Notes: a model not told the origin generated them from the sequence alone. Counted from the stretch's first letter, positions 34,032 through 44,597 are shown. The stretch: 64,000 nt of DNA from an uncultured Methanosarcinaceae archaeon (GCA_963727895.1 CAVSHT010000004.1:427473-491472); one strand, 5' to 3'. Program-made: numbers and translations.

Positions 34032-36445
34032 TCTATCATCTCTTTTTCCAGGGCAAGGCTGGTAAAAGTGCCTGCGAGCCCTCTTGTATTTGGAACGTAA
34101 GCTTTTTTGAAATAGAGTCGATTTTCTGAATCTTCAATTTCTTGTTTTAATTTCTCGAAATGTCTAACAGTTAGAGGATATATAATCTCAGCTTTCGGAC
34201 TGTCTGGAGGATCTTCTATAAAAAGGACTGAGGCTGCCCCACATTTAAAGGCTTGAAGTAACAGGTCTTCATCTACCACCAAATTTGTTGGCACCTTGAT
34301 TAACTTGACATTTGAAGGATAGGTCAGTGCACTATTCCCAATATTATCGCAGGTTAAGGATGCAATCCCGCTGTTTACAAAGCCCAGAACATCTCCTTCT
34401 TTGACAACTCCTTCAATTTCAGCCCTTAGCTGACTTTTCGTGAAACTTTCAATCTGGATAGCGCCGTTTTGACAGAGTTCAGTGCAATATCCACACCCTG
34501 TACAGACAAGCGGATCTACAGCAATCTTTCCGTCTTCATTTAAGGAAAAAGCTTCAAATGGACATTTGAGACATTCATTACACTGATTACAAAGAAGCTG
34601 GTTGAGCGTTGGAATTTCGTTTACCAGGGCTTTGGGACTGTCCGCAATAAATGCTCTTGCTCTCACAGCTGCAAGTCCTGCCTGTGAAATAGTGTCCGTA
34701 ACATCCTTAGGACTCTGAGCAGTACCGCAGACAAAAATTCCATCCAGTGAACTGTCTACAGGTTTCAATTTAGAGTGTCTTTCTTTGATAAAGCCACTTT
34801 CTTCCTGGCTGAGATTCAGTGTACTGGCAATTTTTCGGGTTCCTTTGGAAGGAACCATGGCCGCAGAGAGTACAACGAGATCAGCAGGAAGCTCTTTTAT
34901 TTTCTGGTTAAGGGTATCTTCGAGTCTGACAACAAGGCTCTTATCAGGTTTCTCCACAATTTCGGCTGGTCTTCCTCTTACAAATTTGACCCCCATATCT
35001 TGAACCGCTCGATAGTAGTTTTCGTAAAAACCAAGAGCTCGCAAATCGACATAGCAAATCGTGATTTCTGTACCCGGATATTTTTTCATTATCAGATTAG
35101 AGTGTTTCAAAGCCGCCATGCAACAATATCTAGAACAGTAACGGTTCCCACTTTCTTTTTCGTCCCTTGAACCCACACATTGGATCATAACTATTCTTTT
35201 AGGTGTTTCAGGTGTCTCCGAATAATCAATAGAAGAATTTTTAGAGGAAACTTTACTCCCACAATTGACTGTTGAATTAACAATATTGTTGTCTATGTGG
35301 AAATCCGAAGGTCTGATCAATGTTCCTTTTGTAGGACCGTTGATACCAAGCATTCTTGCAAGTTCCATCTGGGTCATTACGTTTTTGAAAATCCCGTACC
35401 CATACTGCGGTTTCTGAGACGCATCATACTCATCAAACCCGGTAGCAACAACAACTGCACCGACATTGAGATCAATAATTTCTTCTTTTTGAGAAAAGTC
35501 AATTGCTCCAGAGCTGCAGACTTCTGCACATTTTCCACATGCTTCGCCCTTAAACTGCAGACAATGATCAGGATCTATGCAGTATATTTTTGGAACAGAT
35601 TGAGAAAAACGCAGAGAAATTGCCTTTTTGTCCGTGTACCCACAATTGAACTCATTTTCAACAATAACAGGACAGATACGGCTGCATCGGCCACACCCTG
35701 TACAGTTATCATGTACATATCTTGGTTTTTTTCTTAGTCTGACTGTGAAATTACCTGCACTTCCGCTTAATCGTTCCACTTCAGTCCAGGTTAGAAGAGT
35801 AATCTTAGGATTAGCCATGACTTCATTCATCAATGGACTTAATGAGCACATCGCGCACTCTTCAGCAAGCTTGTCAGGAGAAAAAACCTTACCTATTTTT
35901 GCCATATTTCCACCTATACTGGAATCCTTCTCAACAAGATAGGTAGAAATTCCATTATCTGCAAGGTTCACTGCTGCAGTTATCCCTGCAATTCCTCCAC
36001 CAATAACGAGAGCCTGTGGAACAATGTTTACTTTTATTTCTTCAAGGGATTCGTGATTATTCAGGCGTCCAAGCTTTCCATGAATAAGTGAAAGCGCTTT
36101 TTCAGTCGCTTCAGCTTTATCCGGGTGTACCCAGGCACAGTGCTCTCTAAGGTTTGCAATTTCAAGCATTGCCCGATTCAATCCAGCTTCTTGAATACAT
36201 TTTTTAAAGAGAGTGCCGTGTTTTGAAGGAGTGCATGAACCTATTACTATCCGGTCTAGATTCTTTTCAGAAATTTTATTTTTGATAAGAATCTGTCCCT
36301 CTCTAGAACATAGATACTCATAATCGAAAACCGGAATCCCTTCTACCTTAAGGGTTTTCTTAAGAATATTAATATCAATATGTTCGGAAATATTCCCACT
36401 GCAATGGCAGATAAATACAGCAGTTTTGTCCAGAGAAGCGTTCAT
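34028..36445 (-). CDS. hdrA: Heterodisulfide reductase subunit A (HdrA1-type)
   Basis: FICHC, NLREHCAWVH, GGGIAG, QCVGSRD, CSRYCC, ferredoxin motifs, C-terminal MvhD-like extension. Confidence 0.95.
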   Translation of the reverse strand: MNASLDKTAVFICHCSGNISEHIDINILKKTLKVEGIPVFDYEYLCSREGQILIKNKISEKNLDRIVIGSCTPSKHGTLFKKCIQEAGLNRAMLEIANLREHCAWVHPDKAEATEKALSLIHGKLGRLNNHESLEEIKVNIVPQALVIGGGIAGITAAVNLADNGISTYLVEKDSSIGGNMAKIGKVFSPDKLAEECAMCSLSPLMNEVMANPKITLLTWTEVERLSGSAGNFTVRLRKKPRYVHDNCTGCGRCSRICPVIVENEFNCGYTDKKAISLRFSQSVPKIYCIDPDHCLQFKGEACGKCAEVCSSGAIDFSQKEEIIDLNVGAVVVATGFDEYDASQKPQYGYGIFKNVMTQMELARMLGINGPTKGTLIRPSDFHIDNNIVNSTVNCGSKVSSKNSSIDYSETPETPKRIVMIQCVGSRDEKESGNRYCSRYCCMAALKHSNLIMKKYPGTEITICYVDLRALGFYENYYRAVQDMGVKFVRGRPAEIVEKPDKSLVVRLEDTLNQKIKELPADLVVLSAAMVPSKGTRKIASTLNLSQEESGFIKERHSKLKPVDSSLDGIFVCGTAQSPKDVTDTISQAGLAAVRARAFIADSPKALVNEIPTLNQLLCNQCNECLKCPFEAFSLNEDGKIAVDPLVCTGCGYCTELCQNGAIQIESFTKSQLRAEIEGVVKEGDVLGFVNSGIASLTCDNIGNSALTYPSNVKLIKVPTNLVVDEDLLLQAFKCGAASVLFIEDPPDSPKAEIIYPLTVRHFEKLKQEIEDSENRLYFKKAYVPNTRGLAGTFTSLALEKEMIE

Positions 36446-36892
36446 TATACTAACTCTTTCGAGGATTTATATTTAAGACTTGCCTAATCTAGCAAGTTTA
36501 CTATCCCAAAAAGGTTAAAAAATTAACAATATATGCAAAATAAGGATAATTTTTAAGGAAAAAAGTGAATTATAAATTTTTATTTGATCTCTTGTACTGC
36601 AATTCACTTTCTGAAAAAAGGAAATACAATAAAAAGACATTTTGATCTATTATGTCTTCACTATATATAGATAAGACCTGTAAAAACCAGAATAACACTT
36701 GTCATTTTTTTGCAAATAAAGGATTTCAACGCATAAAATTAAAATGTTGAAGTGTAGAAAAGGTATTATATACATATAATTATATATATTAAGAGAGTAT
36801 TATTATTTAGATAAACTGTGAAAAACAGACTTTGTGAGATACTCAACAGTCTCGAAAATTTTCCCCAACTGAGATCTCGATATAAATGGTAG

Positions 36893-37294
36893 ATGATCGT
36901 TGTGGCAGATAATGATTTTACATCCAAAGACAACGAATTTAAGATAGGAGAGGTTGAATATGAAATGGTAGAGCTTTTAAGAAGGCTGAATATTAACAGG
37001 CCAGTTGCTCTCACCCTTGCTTGCCTCTCCAAAGGAGAGGAAATTTCTTCCCAATGTATCGAAATGGTATCAGGGTTAAGGCAGCCAGAAGTTAGCATTG
37101 CAATGAGGTATCTTCTAGAAAATGATTGGATAGACATGAGGGAAGAAAAGAAAAATCAGGGCAAAGGTCGACCAGTTAAATTGTATAAATTAACGGTGCA
37201 GATGGAAACAATCATTAACTCAATAGAAGAAGACATAATGGCCGAAAGCAAAACTGTGCTTCAGAACATAGAGCGCTTAAAAAATATTTCCTGA
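36893..37294 (+). CDS. Winged-HTH transcriptional regulator, divergent from hdrA (probable MreC-like)
   Basis: IE..SGLRQPEVS.AM, GKGRPVKLY; position resembles the Methanosarcina regulators next to hdrA1C1B1 (from memory). Confidence 0.8.
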   Translation: MIVVADNDFTSKDNEFKIGEVEYEMVELLRRLNINRPVALTLACLSKGEEISSQCIEMVSGLRQPEVSIAMRYLLENDWIDMREEKKNQGKGRPVKLYKLTVQMETIINSIEEDIMAESKTVLQNIERLKNIS

Positions 37295-38095
37295 TATTGA
37301 CTTAAATTCCAGAATCATCAAGAAATAATCCAAATATCCTATTATAAAATATGAGTCTGGATTAATAACTTTAGATAAAACTTAAAAAATAATATATAAG
37401 AACTAGAACTTTTAATAGAATTGTAGTACTATTTTAAAAGTTATACGATCTCTTAATTCTATTCCTGACATCTCTTTTTTCATAGAATCAAAGTTTCAAA
37501 AAAGTCAAACTAAGAATATTTCAGGGACAGAATATATATTCAAAAATTATCGAAAAGAAACATCTCAATAGAGATAAAGAGTTCATCTCATAAACAGAAT
37601 AAACTTTTATAGTAATAAGGACCTAGAACTCTTTCATACAATCCATATAAGTTTAGAGATTTAAGGGTAGAAAATAATCACGTTTATCCCAGGTCATCCA
37701 GAAGATGAAATATTTCTTATTTCAATGTTAAATATTAGACTTACTTTATGATCAAAATAATTCAACAACCCATAACATAGAAAGCACATGATACTTTAGA
37801 ATATAGTTCGAGTTTAAAGCAGCTTTTGAATTTCAAACAAACCTTAAATTGAGATACGGACTTATTCGTGGAGATTGTTTTAAAAAATAGTTTAAATGTA
37901 GTGATTATAAAACTTTAAAAGAATAAACTTTACAAATTTGATTATAAACGATAAACAGCATCATCTGAACTCTTTTTGAGTTAGCAAATCTCAAAATCAC
38001 TCAAAAACTTAGATATAAATCAACAAATATAAAAAATGATAGAATAAGTAAATATTTATATTAATCGACTCTATAATGGTCCTTTGGGTGATTAA

Positions 38096-38509
38096 ATGGT
38101 AGATGAAAGTGGTTCAATCATGGAACTTTCTGACACAAATGACCAGAGTCCTATAGTAATAGGATCAAATGAATACGAAATGATAGAATTACTTAGAAAA
38201 ATAAATGTCAGTAGACCAATTGCTCTTACACTTGCATGCCTTGCTAAAGGAAGAGAAATTTCATCTCAGAGTATTGAAATAATATCAGGATTAAGACAGC
38301 CTGAAGTCAGTGTTGCAATGCGGTATCTTCGAGAAAACAACTGGATAGATATCCGTGAAGAAAAAAAATCAAAAGGAAAAGGCAGGCCGATAAAGCTATA
38401 CAGGCTTACAGTCCCAATGGAATGCATCGTTAGCAAGATAGAAGAAGAGATAATAGCTGAAAGCAAAATTGTGCTTAGAAATATAGAACGTCTGAAACAC
38501 CTTGCCTAA
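38096..38509 (+). CDS. Winged-HTH regulator, paralog of the previous gene (probable MreD-like)
   Basis: Same motifs SGLRQPEVS, GKGRPIKLY. Confidence 0.8.
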   Translation: MVDESGSIMELSDTNDQSPIVIGSNEYEMIELLRKINVSRPIALTLACLAKGREISSQSIEIISGLRQPEVSVAMRYLRENNWIDIREEKKSKGKGRPIKLYRLTVPMECIVSKIEEEIIAESKIVLRNIERLKHLA

Positions 38510-38805
38510 ATTATTCATTAGAATTATATTTCAGGCATTGATACTTAAACATAGTTATATACTGTTAGAAAGTATATTTCTTCATGAACTGCCCAAAATG
38601 CAATAGTTCCAGTCACAAAAAATGGTATAGTTGATGGGCGTCAACGGTACAAATGCCATGATTGTGGATATAACTATACAGTATAGCTAAAATCAACTGC
38701 TTTTTCCGCTTCTGTAAAAAGACAGGCTTTACAACTCTATCTTGAAGGATTGGGCTTTCGCTCAATAGGAAGAGTTTAGCATGAAAGTACATGAGGAGAT
38801 TATCC

Positions 38806-40070
38806 TCACGTGCTCTCTTGATCCTTTTTCCCCATAATCGCAAATATTTCACTAATTATTTTAATCCGTTCATCAACCGAAAAAATCTCAGTCTCAATAA
38901 TCTTTCTCTTTTGGATTTCTCCCTTTTGATATCCGGTTTCATCTTCGTCCATCTCATCGTTTGTAATAAGATGCCATAGTATCGTTGCAATTTTCCTTGC
39001 TAAGGCAATAATTGCTTTTGCATGTCCAATCGACTTCTTTTTTCTGTTAAAAAACTCTTTTAACCTGCTATTCTTCTTTCTTGCTGCTGCTTGAGCAATC
39101 TGTGTCAGAATCCACCTTGCTACTTTTGATCCCCTCTTTGTGATTCTGCCGTTATAGTATTTAACTGCAGATTGATACACATTAGAAACTAGACCAAGCC
39201 AAGAAGCAAGCTTATTTCCAGAAGAAAAATCCTTAAAGTTGCCTATTTCAGCAAGTAAAATTGCCGCACCAAGTTCCCCTATACCTGGAACTGACATTAA
39301 AATCTCCATTTCTCGCTTATGATTTCGAGAAGCATAATTGAAAATTTCTGTTTCTAAAGCTTCGAGTTCATCATCAAGACTTTTTATGAGTTTCAGACAG
39401 ATCTGAAGTCTGAATGCAGCACTTTGAGAAATTTCTCGATCAAGAATTTCTCTTATCTGAGCAGCTTTTTTCCGAACATTTGGAGAGAGGCTTGCAATAA
39501 TCTGATCAACACTCTTACCTGAAGAGATTCCTAATAAGATCATTCTGCCATTCTTGCCAAAAACGTCTGTCAGCACATTATTCAGGTGTAGCATTTCAGA
39601 TGCAAGAATTGAATTTCAGATGCAAGAATTGAGTGAGCTTTATTTTTTAAATCTGTTCTTTTTTGTACAAGTGTTAACCGAAGTCGAACATATGATCTAA
39701 AATCTATATGATCCTTTGGAAAAACTCTTGATGGCTGAATCATATTATTAAGTGCAAGTTGTGCAATGACTTCTGAGTCAATCTTATCTGTTTTTGTATG
39801 GGTAAATACCTTCATATCTCGCGCATTTCCAACTATCACAGTTAGATGCTTTACCAATGAATCATGAATCGGAACCCAAAAGTAGCTGGTTGATTCATAT
39901 GCAACAACATCACATTTTTCTGATATTACCCAATTTTTAAGGGCTAAAATTCCTTCATCATCTCTGTTGAAACGTTGCTGTTGTTTTTCACCAGATCTAC
40001 TGAAAATTGTAGCAATGAAAAAGAGTTTGTGAATGTCTAAACCACAAGCTTTGTTTATGACTTAAATCAA
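38806..40070 (-). pseudogene. IS110 DEDD recombinase/transposase, inactivated
   Basis: GLDIH, YEST, KTDKIDS, SVPGIG, QSA, ITKRGS, ALARK; TAA at codon 3 and a 20-bp duplication at 39593-39632. Confidence 0.9.
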
Positions 40071-40089
40071 ATTAGATCACCAAATTTAT

Positions 40090-40223
40090 TTGGGCAGTGG
40101 AATTGCCTAAAAGGCCAATTTAGCATCCGTGATCAAAGTCACACTTGAGCCTTCGATGGCAATTCACTGATTAGTTTTAGAACGGTTTTGAAAAACCAAA
40201 ATCAAGACAACCTTACTGCCCAA
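40090..40223 (-). ncRNA. Candidate IS110 bridge RNA (structured non-coding leader)
   Basis: Nested stems with loops containing TTTAGCAT (element end junction) and AGTTTTAG (target site); see findings. Confidence 0.5.
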
Positions 40224-40832
40224 GGTAATGAGGGCTTAATAGTCAAAAAAAAGAACGGAGAGTACTTTCATTAGTTGTGCTTGTTATTCGAAGAATATCA
40301 TGTGCGTTTTAGGGGTAAGTCATGTTTCTGTCCAAAAATGGATAAAGAAATTTGGTCAGGAGTTAGAGAACCTAAAAAGTGAAAGTGAGATATCTATTGT
40401 TGAAATGGATGAAATGCACACTTACATCGGTAACAAAAAAAATATTGCTGGATCTAGATTGCTGTTGATAGAGTTGGGAAAAAGTTCATCAACTGCTCTT
40501 TTGGCAGCAGAGGAACGGAAACTGGAAAACTACTCTGGGAAAAAGTGAAGAAAAAAGAGATTGGAGAAGTGATGACAGATCACTGGAGGGCATATGCAGA
40601 GTTTCTTCCAGAAAAGAGTCATACTCAATCAAAAGCAGAAACATTTACAGTTGAGGGATATAACAGCATATTGAGGTATTTTCTGGCAAGGTTGAGAAGA
40701 AAGACAAAGTGTTATACAAAAAGTCTTGAAATGCTAAAGTACTCGGTTATTATATTGATGAAATAAAGAAATAAAGAACTAGATATATTTAAGTAACAAT
40801 GTCATATTTCATAAAGAACTTTATTTTTTAGA

Positions 40833-40922
40833 ATGAACCTATCATAAAGTCCATTCAAATATCCTATTGATGACTTAAATATGAGATTCAAAACTCAAAT
40901 TTTGAGTTTTGGATAGGTTCAT
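40833..40922. mobile_element. MITE-like element related to 27907-28036
   Basis: IRs ATGAACCTATC / GATAGGTTCAT, 90 bp. Confidence 0.45.
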
Positions 40923-40927
40923 AGCTT

Positions 40928-41569
40928 TTACAGCATTATAACGGCTTTTACAACAATATATCCAAATATTATGAAGCCTGCTATGTATAATGCATCTGTT
41001 TCTGTGTTTGGCATTTCATAATATTCACATTGAATAGATTTAGAGTTTGTTTTATTCAATTCGTTTTTTAACCAGTATAAAGTCAAAATAACTACTACTC
41101 CAAATCCTAAAATTTCAGGAACATAACTTTCCGATAACTGAAAATTAAATGACCTATTGAACAGTACTAATAAATATTCTAATCCCGTACGATCCACAGA
41201 ATTTTTGGGAAAACTCCATCCTAAAAGAGGCCAGAATAAAGTTCGAGGATTTCCCCACATCTGGTCTTCCATAAGATGGAAAAATGAGCCTGAAGCAAGA
41301 GAAAGAATTCTAATGTCCCTTCTTTTATCATACAAGTGCAAACCGATAAACAAAAGAGAAATAGATAATATTAGAGTGTGACCTATAATGCGTCCATTTG
41401 CCAGAGTCGAAGAAAAAATAACCATACCTAGAGGTTTGTCTAGAATGTCAGGAAATAGGGCTCCAAGGACAAGATACTTAGGATCTATGATAGTTTTTAT
41501 TTGATGGGTAAAGACACAAAGAACAATAAATACTCCAAGTGTAATACCAATATGTCCAAACAGAAGCAT
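40928..41569 (-). CDS. Membrane-bound metal-dependent hydrolase (YdjM-like)
   Basis: GH.G, GALFPDILDKP, GHTL, HLMED, LFWPL. Confidence 0.85.
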   Translation of the reverse strand: MLLFGHIGITLGVFIVLCVFTHQIKTIIDPKYLVLGALFPDILDKPLGMVIFSSTLANGRIIGHTLILSISLLFIGLHLYDKRRDIRILSLASGSFFHLMEDQMWGNPRTLFWPLLGWSFPKNSVDRTGLEYLLVLFNRSFNFQLSESYVPEILGFGVVVILTLYWLKNELNKTNSKSIQCEYYEMPNTETDALYIAGFIIFGYIVVKAVIML

Positions 41570-41785
41570 AGTAAACAAAACAAATCTTTATTTATATAAA
41601 ATAACTGTATTCAGAACAGGATTAAAAGTCCAAATTAGAATATAAAGTGAGAATTGAACAGGTTTTAAGGAGCTCAATTAATTAAAAATTCAGAATTTTG
41701 AGAAAATCAATTAATTAAAAACTCAGAAAATATATTCAAAGTTCAGTATTAATAATAAAAAAACAAAACGAAAATATTTAGTGTG

Positions 41786-41862
41786 TGGTGGGCCCGCTGC
41801 GATTCGAACGCAGGACCTCACGGTTATCAGCCGTGCGCTCCACCAAGCTAAGCTACGGGCCC
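41786..41862 (-). tRNA. tRNA-Ile(GAT), CCA encoded
   Basis: Cloverleaf; anticodon arm CACGG-CT-GAT-AA-CCGTG; GTTCGAATC T-loop. Confidence 0.97.
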
Positions 41863-41921
41863 AGGTAAGTCAGATATTTATAAAAAACCTGTAAAGATCT
41901 CCTGAAAAATGATGAGAATTC

Positions 41922-41998
41922 TGGTGGGCCCGCTGCGATTCGAACGCAGGACCTCACGGTTATCAGCCGTGCGCTCCACCAGGCTAAGCTACGGGCCC
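41922..41998 (-). tRNA. tRNA-Ile(GAT), CCA encoded, second copy
   Basis: Identical to the neighbour except one D-loop base. Confidence 0.97.
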
Positions 41999-42177
41999 AA
42001 ATATCAGGTTTTTTAGAATTATCGAAGTTGAAAGGCTTTTTTGGGAAAGCATCCCATTTCGACAACACTTCTAATACTCAATTTACTACTTATATCTTTT
42101 GCTTGAATAATTTAAAATTTTAAAATTTGAAATTTCAAAAGTATATTTACAGGGAGCAGAAACAGAGTGGCGACAGA

Positions 42178-42187
42178 TTTATATAAT
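42178..42187 (+). promoter_or_regulatory. Probable TATA box for tRNA-Ala
   Basis: TTTATATAAT ~45 nt upstream of the tRNA. Confidence 0.5.
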
Positions 42188-42230
42188 ATCCCGAGTGTAT
42201 GAGGGATGCTGGCAAAGTAAAGCCTTATAA

Positions 42231-42302
42231 GGGCCGGTAGATCAGGGGAAGATCGCTACCTTGGCATGGTAGAGGCCTCGGGTTCAATTCCCGACCGGTC
42301 CA
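42231..42302 (+). tRNA. tRNA-Ala(GGC), no encoded CCA
   Basis: Acceptor GGGCCGG/CCGGTCC with G3:U70; anticodon arm CTACC-TT-GGC-AT-GGTAG. Confidence 0.96.
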
Positions 42303-42791
42303 CTAAAAGATAGTTAATGGTTCTAATCAGTACTACTATTTTTCAAACGTTTTTTACACTTATGTTACTTCAGGGATCGGCAACACCCAGAAGCTTTCAT
42401 TTCTCCTTTAGAATATCTTTTCGCTTAATAACATAACACATTTTAAAACTGTTGAAATTTGAAATGGAACAGGGAGAAACACATAGCAAAAGAACTGGCG
42501 TATTCTCAACCACGCTGTTGAGTTTTTAGAGTAGCACTGGTTAAAATTGCATTAGACTGGTTTTGGAAGTCCCTTAAATCACCTCTGAATAGCTCAATTT
42601 TTGCCCTTGAAGGCGGCAGTTTGAGACTCTGGATCACACCCGAAGTTTTAAAGATAAAAACAAGCTTAGTGAGACACATTAAAGACAACTATTGAGGTTC
42701 CAATGTTTTTGTATTCGCCTATTTTTTTCCGGCTTTTATTTGGAGTCTTTTTAATATTCCTTCCGAACCTTTCAATTTCCTTTAATTTCCC

Positions 42792-43889
42792 TTAAACATC
42801 TTTTTTGTTCCCATAATCTTTTTTTGAAACTTTTTTGCTGCTTTTGCGTGTCTGTTTACTTTTTTTGGTCTCAATAGCTTTTTCCTCAACTTCTTCAGCG
42901 GGTTCTTCAAAGAGGAGGTTTGTTAGATAGTTAATCTGATTTCTCAGTTCCTCTTTTATTTCTTCAGGGACCTCTTTTGATTCTTGTATGGATCTTAGGG
43001 CTTCCTTAAAATAAAATTCTGCGAGAACAGGATCTTTCTCAGCATAGATGGTTCCAACCATAACCTGAAGGGGAGAAAAGTTTCTATGCTTTTCATTGAA
43101 TTTCGTGTAAAATTCCTGGATTTTATCAAAGTCTTCTTTCTCCATAAGATCCAGAAAATAATCCTGCATAAGTTCCATATAATCCGGACCTTTTTCCAGA
43201 AGAAAATCGAATTTATCGTCATTATTCATTAAAAAGAAACCGGTTTCAAGGTAGTCTGCCGTCCTGTCTTCTCCAAAAATATCTTCCGGGCTTAGACCTT
43301 CGAATAAGCCCCCTTCTTCAGAAAAATTCTCCTCACCGAAAAGATCTTTAGCCTCTTTTTTCATGAGGAGCATATCAACCTGAGCCCCGGATACGCCCAT
43401 TTTGTGTGCAAATTTTTTGAACTGCCTTTCGTACTTTTTCTCTTTTTCCTCTGAAAAAAAGCCGAGCACGTACGTGATCCACTTTACATAGGCCTGTTTG
43501 TCCTCAAGCCAGGATCTGTTGTCAATCATCCACAAAACATAGTCAAGAACAAGGGTGAATTCATGGTAGTAGAGCAGATTTTCCTCAAGAGGTTCAATCA
43601 GACTTTTCACAATTTCTTTTTCAAGGGGTTTTTCAAAGAAACTGATCGGTTTGTCACGATTCTCCTTTATGTTCTTTAATGCCCTGATGACATATTTATC
43701 CGTTACTTTCCGGTTCTCGTTGTAGTAATAGTCGGCAATTGAAAACTCGATTTCACTCAGATATTCGCTGTACTCGTATTCTTTATTGTAAATGCTTTTT
43801 ATTTCCTTTATCTCCGGAGTGTCCGGCACGAGAAATTCAGACAAGGATAAATCGTTTTCAATTAATTCATTGTTTTCATCGGGACTCAT
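42792..43889 (-). CDS. Hypothetical acidic protein with possible TPR-like C-terminus
   Basis: 365-aa ORF, very E/D-rich, basic tail. Confidence 0.7.
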   Translation of the reverse strand: MSPDENNELIENDLSLSEFLVPDTPEIKEIKSIYNKEYEYSEYLSEIEFSIADYYYNENRKVTDKYVIRALKNIKENRDKPISFFEKPLEKEIVKSLIEPLEENLLYYHEFTLVLDYVLWMIDNRSWLEDKQAYVKWITYVLGFFSEEKEKKYERQFKKFAHKMGVSGAQVDMLLMKKEAKDLFGEENFSEEGGLFEGLSPEDIFGEDRTADYLETGFFLMNNDDKFDFLLEKGPDYMELMQDYFLDLMEKEDFDKIQEFYTKFNEKHRNFSPLQVMVGTIYAEKDPVLAEFYFKEALRSIQESKEVPEEIKEELRNQINYLTNLLFEEPAEEVEEKAIETKKSKQTRKSSKKVSKKDYGNKKDV

Positions 43890-44188
43890 AAATACTTCTC
43901 TATGATTATTGGTTTATATCAATTTCTAATGGCCGGGCAGGATGAATGCAAATTATTTCTACCTGGTTGAACTGGTTATTTTTCCCTTCAACTAGAGTCT
44001 TTTCAACTTTAAACAGGGTCAAAAAGGACCAGACAGAGTCAATTTTGTGTTCACATCAAGAAATAAAGATTGGAAAGCATAGTGTTTTTGATAGTTTTGA
44101 CAGGGACACAATTGAACTTGAAACGCCATGCTAAATAAAAGCGCTACTCGCAAACAATTTACGAGCTCATATTGTTAATTCCCTTACT

Positions 44189-44340
44189 TCAGAGTTCATA
44201 CCCAAGCCCTGCCAGATTTTTCCTAATCTTCCTCTCAAAATCCTCTAATTTCCTGAACTGCTCCGAAAGTTTTGTATTTACATTTTCCATGTATTTCTTC
44301 AACTCTAATCATTGTTTTCGGTTTTTTCAAGTCCAAATGT
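44189..44340 (-). pseudogene. Remnant resembling the C-terminus of type I R-M HsdM
   Basis: FGLEKTENND then, after a shift, MENVNTKLSEQFRKLEDFERKIRKNLAGLGYEL*. Confidence 0.6.
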
Positions 44341-44399
44341 CCTTCTTAGATTTCATTGACAAGGTCGCTCTCCTTCGTCGAGCGTAACAAGAAATACTC

Positions 44400-44543
44400 C
44401 ATTTGTATTCGGTTAAGATACGATCTATAAAAAATGTGTTATCTTTGTTGCCATTTCTGTAAACCTATAAATGTAAATAGAGATGCATAGATTATTACAG
44501 TAGTCATTATAACGTTAACAGATTCCTTAACCGAATACAAATG
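44400..44543. mobile_element. MITE-like element with perfect 18-bp terminal IRs
   Basis: CATTTGTATTCGGTTAAG (44400-44417) and CTTAACCGAATACAAATG (44526-44543). Confidence 0.65.
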
Positions 44544-44597
44544 AGAAAGACTCAGTATGATGAATAATGGTTGTAAAGGTACAGCTGTAAAGGTCTC

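Larger units (their letters stand above)
38778..40309 (-). mobile_element. IS110-family element inserted in IS1
   Basis: Ends defined against intact IS1 (GGAAGAGTTTTAGGGG); GTTT at both junctions; inverted 10-mer ATGAAAGTAC/GTACTTTCAT at 38781 and 40262. Confidence 0.88.
38534..40803 (+). mobile_element. IS1-family element split by an IS110 insertion
   Basis: IRs; 8-bp target duplication ATATTTCA (38526-38533 and 40804-40811); IS1 sequence stops at 38777 and resumes at 40310. Confidence 0.92.

Noticed and set aside
31598..40803. IS1 composite transposon carrying hdrACB
   Set aside because: Each IS1 has its own distinct 8-bp target duplication, so they are independent insertions
41786..41998. 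tRNA duplication as attL/attR of an integrated element
   Set aside because: Both copies are full length and only 59 bp apart
41853..42068. 71-aa ORF
   Set aside because: Overlaps the tRNA-Ile genes
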